A DNA stretch of 64,000 nt from the NCBI RefSeq assembly GCF_040938485.1, contig NW_027271017.1, positions 7,068,001 through 7,132,000 of the forward strand, in the 5' to 3' direction. This DNA comes from Diadema antillarum (Eukaryota). How positions within the stretch are numbered: position 1 is the first letter of the stretch; every line of letters starts with the position of its first letter. The position numbers and the translations under genes were made by a program. Positions 58,475-64,000 of the stretch are shown piece by piece. A model generated the notes under the pieces. That model ran no database searches, was not told where the DNA came from, and was given only the letters and a program-made list of their open reading frames with translations.

Positions 58475-61400
58475 GTAAGTGGCATTTTAGAACCGAAACA
58501 ACCCGAGCCAATCGACAAAAGTAATTGGTGATGGCTGTCAAAACATTAGGAGCTGTCAAATTTGGTTTATCTAAAGTGTTTCTTTGTTTCAGCATAAAGG
58601 TTGTAGAACTCCATTTAGAACAGGAATAAGTTACTGTAACACCGTAAAAGCCAGCTTTAGGATACTGTTACAGTCTTTCTGCTAGAATTTCAAAATTTTG
58701 TCATAGACATGGTAGTACAAAATGCAGCAAGAAAGCACATCCACAGACTGCAGTCTTTTGGTCTAGAGAGTAGACCTATTGACAAATAAACAAAAATGCA
58801 TTTTAACTATTGATTTTTAGTGATATTTATTTGAAACTAGAGAGCCAATTTTAGTAAGCAGTCTTCTATGCTGCCAGACTTTTGGGTTTTTTGTGATGAA
58901 GTATTTACGAGATGATTTTAAATTACTATGTGTGCAGAATGAATTATATTCAACAATTGTCAGCAATTGAAGGGTGGCAATCTGCTGACACTAGTGCATT
59001 GCCAATGACCAAAACATAGGAGGCAACCTCAAAATGGGAATGAAAATTTAAAAACTTTTGATTATAAATATGCTTTAGATCGAAGTACTAAAGCAGTATC
59101 AATGATTATATGATCCCGATAAAAATCATGAGAGTTGCCTAAAACTGATGATCGAGGAGTAATTTATTGGGAATTTGATTTAGAGTCTTGTAGAAAGTTA
59201 TAATGAAGTGCTGATGGTACATAATTTCACAAACAAAAAAAAAGAAAGATGTACCGGTATTTGTTTTGGTAGTGTGGCGGAGGTTATGATTGTATTATTT
59301 GTGACTAATATTTGTTTCCCTTATTTTTTAGATTTATTTTCAGACAGGGCAAAACTGCTTGGATCATCCCGTTTTGCTGACGCTCGTCACACTACAGACT
59401 TCTGAAATTGATTTATTTTGTACAGCAGGTGTACAGATGGGCAGTTTTTGTCTGCGTTCCACTCTTCAATTTTGGGCTGTGCATGGAGGCAGACACAGAG
59501 TGCAGAAACTACATGTATCATATCTATAGGCATCTTGGGTCGTAGTATCCAAGTCACACAGTTTCATATGTCATCTTCCAACAGTTGCACACTATAGACT
59601 TCCAAATACAGCTGCCACTAATGAGTAATGTTTCTTTCTTATGTTTAGCATATTGTGCAGTTTGTATTTGTTTTTGTTTCTTTGGTGTAACAATGCTTAA
59701 AACAATCCTTCAAGTATTTTGTGAGAATTTCCATTTTTTTATATTCTTTTTTTTTTTCACCTGACATTAGACAAGATATTAGAAGGAGACCAGTGTCTGG
59801 TAAGATTTCTCACCCTCAGGAAAAAAAACAAACCAAAAAACAATTAGTTCAGCTCTAGTGATGTGTCATATTACCAGAAGGAAGGCAGTACAAAACATGT
59901 AAAATACTTGATTTCTGTCAAAAATATTTAAAGGAACCCTTCTGTTTGTAATTATTTGGGAGCCCATTTTCAGCTTCTTCTTAAAAAAAAAAAAAATGGT
60001 CAAATTTGTCACCAAATGTGGCATGCATACACAAAGGCACCTTGCTAGTCCCAGATGGTCTAAGAATCTCTTTAAAAAAACAAAAAGCAAAACAAAACAA
60101 AAGCTTCTATAAAAGCAGAAGTGATAGAGCTAAAATGCTATTGGTACAGTTACTGTATGTTCGTTTGTGACTGCATTTTCAAGTTTGTTTATGTCCGGTC
60201 CAATTGTGCCCCTGTTTTTAGCTTGGGGGGGGGGGGGGGGGGGGGGGGGGATGGGGGGTGGGGGGTGGGGGGGGTCAACTTTCCCATTTCATCTTCTTGA
60301 AACTACATAGTCAAATTTGTCAATAAACTTGGCAGGCATTATCACTATGGTGATAGAAATGATATACACAAATGGATACCATGTCCCCCATGGGGGGGGG
60401 GGGGGTCAACTTTCCCATTTCATCTTCTTGAAACTACATAGTCAAATTTGTCAATAAACTTGGCAGGCATTATCACTATGGTGATAGAAATGATATACAC
60501 AAATGGATACCATGTCCCCCATCTCACCCCCCCCCCCCCCCCCTACCCAAAAAAAAAAAAAAAAGAAGAAAAAAAAGAGAGCTCTGAGTAAATTTATGAG
60601 ATAGTATACTTTCATTTTATTTATTTATTTTATTTTTTTTTTTATTATTCATGCAGGATCCAGGGATGGCTTCTTCGGACTGGTACCTAATTTGGGCCAA
60701 TTGTTTCATTTTGATCTTTTTTAAAGTGCATGGTCAAATTTTCTGTGACATGATATACAAGTAGACACCATGCCCCATGGAGGTCCCCAAAGGCCCCATC
60801 CCCAGTTTACAATATTCTTCTTAAATGGTAATAGTCTGCAAGAATGCATGAAAGGCAAACTTGCGATACTTGGGTAAGCGCTAGGCCCCTGGGTCTCTTG
60901 TTTGAAGTTGCATTATATTTGGGAACTCTTTGCAGTTTAAACTTCAAAGTAGCCATATACCAGGAATGTTTTAGCATATTCTCTGATTATGAAACCAGTC
61001 CTGTAGACTTATTCCTGTATATACATGGACATGTAGCAATGGGGTACAATTTTTTTATGACCAGAGTGTTGTATGTTTTTATGTCTACTCAAGTGATTCC
61101 CTTCTACTACAGTAACTCAAAATATTTAATACCATTGGTAGACTGCAACAATAGTGATACTCAGTCAGTTCATCAATGCACATATTGAGTTGTTTTCCTA
61201 TTCTTCACCACCAGGGTATGTCCACTGGGGATACCAGATGCAGCTAGTCTCGGTTCCAGGCTGAACAAAGAATTTGGAGTGTCGGTCACAGACACAGTCA
61301 TCCTCCCAAAGGAAGACCCAGGAATGGGGGATCCAGCAACTAAGGTGGAGAATTCCGCGCTGAGTTTTCGTCAGTCGTACTTCCAGAATATGCCCCTGCC

Positions 61401-62790
61401 GCCCGCAAGGCCCCTGCTGTTTGGCAAGAAGGACAAGACGCCAGAAATCAAACCAAAGACAATAAGTCACGGAAGGTCGAGGCAGTTCAGGCTCAGACCT
61501 CGGCAACTGTTGTGCAGCAACTGTAAGGGGCCGTGCTCGGGGCCAAAGGCAAAGACTGCCCACAATAACAAACTCAACAACAAGGGTGGTCTGAAGAAAA
61601 GGAAAGCAGACTCCTCCAGTGAAGTTGTTGTGAGAAAAAAGCCAAAGCCAGAACCGAGGCCGCCGGTAACAAACGGTGGGCCAGCCCAGGTGCGTCCAAA
61701 CCCGAGAGTGGTGCTTCCCTGTCCTATTAGTACTCCAAGGCCAGAGAGTAAGTCGTCAAAGAAAACCAGTCCTGCGATAAAGATCTCCTATGCAACTCCA
61801 GGCAAAGGCCAGCGGCTGGTTGTTCGCATACCGCCGCGATCAAACAATTTTAAGGAAGGTTCAGTTTCAAGTACAACTGTGTCTAAGACCAAGAAGAGAA
61901 TACTGACTGTACCTTTATCCCCTCTCTCGACTGTGAGTAAGCATAACATTGAACCTCAAAAGAGACCTCGTGTCAATGGACTGCACACAAATTCAACAGA
62001 GCACCGACGTATAAGGATCGTCAAAACTAAGGGAACTTATTCAATACCCTCAGACAATCTACCTGTCAGAACTTACGGCCCCGTACCAGTGGCACAGCCC
62101 AAGCTGGTCAATGGAAATAGCAAATTGACTGCCAATGTCATAGTGAAACCTATCTCATTGGTCAACGGATACAGATCCCTAGGTCAGACGCACAAGAAGG
62201 AGAGTTTGTCTGTCTTAAATGTCTTGCCACACCTCGATAACAGTGATGCTGCCAGCGATTGCTCTTCTGTTACAACTACGAGCAGGAGTTCTGGGAAAGG
62301 TGGTAGGAAGAAACGAAATGGGTCTCTCAACAACAACAACTCTGAATGTGACTTTGACTCTGATACATCCCTGATGGACACAGATCGCGGGAAGACGCTG
62401 AAGAAGGATGACAGCGTGCACAAGAAAAACGTCACCAAGAGCATCCTTCCAGGAGGACGGACGGTGTGCATCGGGGACATTGTCTGGGGGAAGATCATCG
62501 GCTTCCCGTGGTGGCCTGGCCGCATCGTCCAGATCATAGTCACCCGCAACCCTGATGGGAGCATCTCGTCGCAGGAAGCCCAGATCACCTGGTTCGCCTC
62601 CCGTTCCATCTCCTTCATGCCTCTCACCAAGCTGCCGCCATTTTTGGGAGAGTTCAAACAGCGCTATGACAAGAAGCGGAAAGGCCTGTACAAGGAGGCG
62701 GTCGCCCTGGCAACCAAGGCAGCGGAGGCACTGTCTAGTGAAGTACGCGAACTTCATACTATGTTTGAAACACCACTTACTAAATCCTAA
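58329..62790 (+). CDS. PWWP2: PWWP domain-containing protein 2 family (PWWP2A/PWWP2B ortholog); 2 coding exons, about 573 aa
   Basis: join: 58329-58474, 61215-62790. N-terminal GSILPVEVEQ...FRGVLLD resembles the PWWP2 N-terminus; internal RLRPRQLLCSNCK and PAIKISYATP; C-terminal PWWP domain IVWGKIIGFPWWPGRI...MFET. Start codon choice among 58242/58302/58329/58344 is uncertain. Confidence 0.9.
60215..60903 (+). mobile_element. Helentron/HINE-like element with G tracts and an internal duplication
   Basis: Starts TTTTTAGCT, ends GGTAAGCGCTAGGCCCCTGGGTCTCTTGTTT (subterminal IR plus hairpin type end); a related fragment lies at about 59965-60030. Confidence 0.5.
60275..60522. repeat. Identical 117-bp tandem duplication separated by G14
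   Basis: 60275-60391 equals 60406-60522 base for base as read. Confidence 0.9.
61215..62790 (+). CDS. PWWP2: PWWP2 coding exon 2 (PWWP domain at about 62464-62700)
   Basis: ttcttcaccaccag|G acceptor; phase 2 matches exon 1; in frame with the 503-aa track ORF; TAA at 62788-62790. Confidence 0.92.
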
Positions 62791-63599
62791 CACGAGGTGA
62801 GTCATAACAGCATCATCTACTAACCCATATATTTTTCATGCTGTCATAGAACCCACAAAAATATGAGTTGAGGAAATGCTAGCAGTCTTAGTAAATGTCT
62901 AAACCTGTCGTGTGTAACTATACTTTCATTTTGCTGTCATCGATCAAGCTTGATGATTATACTCACTTCTTTTGTTGTAAGTTTCTCCATTTAAAGCAGA
63001 ATCTGAAAGCTTTTTAGAGTGTAAGGCCACATCCTGCTGAGGTGACCTGTGACCCCCACCCTCTCTGTCCACTGAGCTCCAGCTGGTTTGAGGCATGCCA
63101 ACCGAACAAGAACTCTGTTCTTTCCCGAGGCCTGTTGCAGTAATGAAAGGTAAGAAGCTTGAAAGAAATCATCACACACAACTGTTACACAATTATATTA
63201 CCAAGTCTGGCATGACAAGCATTTCTCTTTCGTTTTTGTCATTTGTTTGTATTTTCCTCATTTGTGTTCTGTTTCACCCCTTGTTTGTGTAAAAATGATT
63301 CAAAGCAGCCTTTAGAAAAAAAAGAATTAATAATGAAGTCTAAACCACTTCCTTTCCGAATGAAAGAGTATCATGAGAAGAAATGCACACAGTGTAGCTG
63401 CAAGGAACAGTGCCTGGCCAACATGAGATTTCTCTATAGATCCTTTAATAGCGAGCTTTAGATCTGCAACGCGAACACTAAGACAATACATCTGATCACG
63501 CATGTCCTGATGACACCTTCAGGTTAGCGTCGCAGATTTACGAGTGGGAAACCGCATAACTTGATCTTTGACGCAGGTACAAATGTGCATCCTCGGGAT

Positions 63600-63785
63600 A
63601 GGACGCGAATAGCTTGAATTGAACGATAGGATTTCCTCAACGTTTAGCGAATCGCAGTATAGCAAAGTCTTCGATTTTCTTTATACCATCTCTCGTTTAT
63701 GAAAAGTGAACAGCCCTTTAGCAAAAAAAGCATGTAATACATTCTGATGCTTGTCATAAGTGTGCTTGAAATCCTCATACTTTGA
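63600..63785 (-). mobile_element. Fragment homologous to the interior of 22755-23187
   Basis: Shared TTGCTAAAGGG, CATAAACGAGAGA, GAGGAAATCCTATCGTTC, TCAAGCTATTCGCGT. Confidence 0.65.
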
Positions 63786-64000
63786 CAGTTTGAGCAGCGA
63801 GTACTTAAATTAGTACCTTAAGGGTATACATCACAAATCGTTTTGTCTTATTGGCGATGACCTTGAAAGTGCAGCTGAAAATCACAAAGACTATATACAA
63901 TGTACAGTAGGGCTTGGGGCCAAAGGCCGTGCTAAAGGCTGGGCCAAGGGCCGGACCCAAGCCCTAAGCCTGAGGCTGGGGGCTCAAGGGGGCCTGAGGC

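Noticed and set aside
59331-59428. Possible poison cassette exon in the PWWP2 intron
   Set aside because: Acceptor-like tracts exist and the frame hits TGA, but the only donor (CAG|GTGTAC) is weak; unsupported without RNA data.
62184-62805. 157- and 196-aa antisense ORFs
   Set aside because: Shadow ORFs of the GC-rich PWWP-domain coding sequence.

Overview
Spliced animal genomic DNA with AT-rich introns; probably a marine invertebrate deuterostome such as an echinoderm (taxon is inference). It holds four complete protein-coding genes, assembled by hand from GT-AG boundaries and homology recalled from memory, in two divergent pairs. Pair 1: SUFU (minus, 10 coding exons, 461 aa) head-to-head with ACTR1A/Arp1 (plus, 10 exons, 375 aa). 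Pair 2: MOGS/glucosidase I (minus, 2 exons, 851 aa) head-to-head with a PWWP2-family gene (plus, 2 coding exons, 573 aa). I found no rRNA, tRNA, CRISPR array or intact transposase; most short ORFs in the track are spurious. Non-coding DNA is dense in non-autonomous DNA transposons with readable TIRs and TSDs (TA, CWG, TTAA, AWWT, TTAT, 5-bp, 6-bp), Helitron-like elements and mini/microsatellites. Best leads: (1) the SUFU-ACTR1A head-to-head pair is shared with human 10q24; (2) a minisatellite built from the SUFU exon 5 splice acceptor places 11 decoy acceptors upstream of the real one; (3) a spliced SUFU leader is open in frame from a GTG; (4) MOGS has DDSPR in place of the catalytic-site DDYPR; (5) nested and self-nested Sola-like elements. 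I see no clear evidence of a wholly new multi-gene system.
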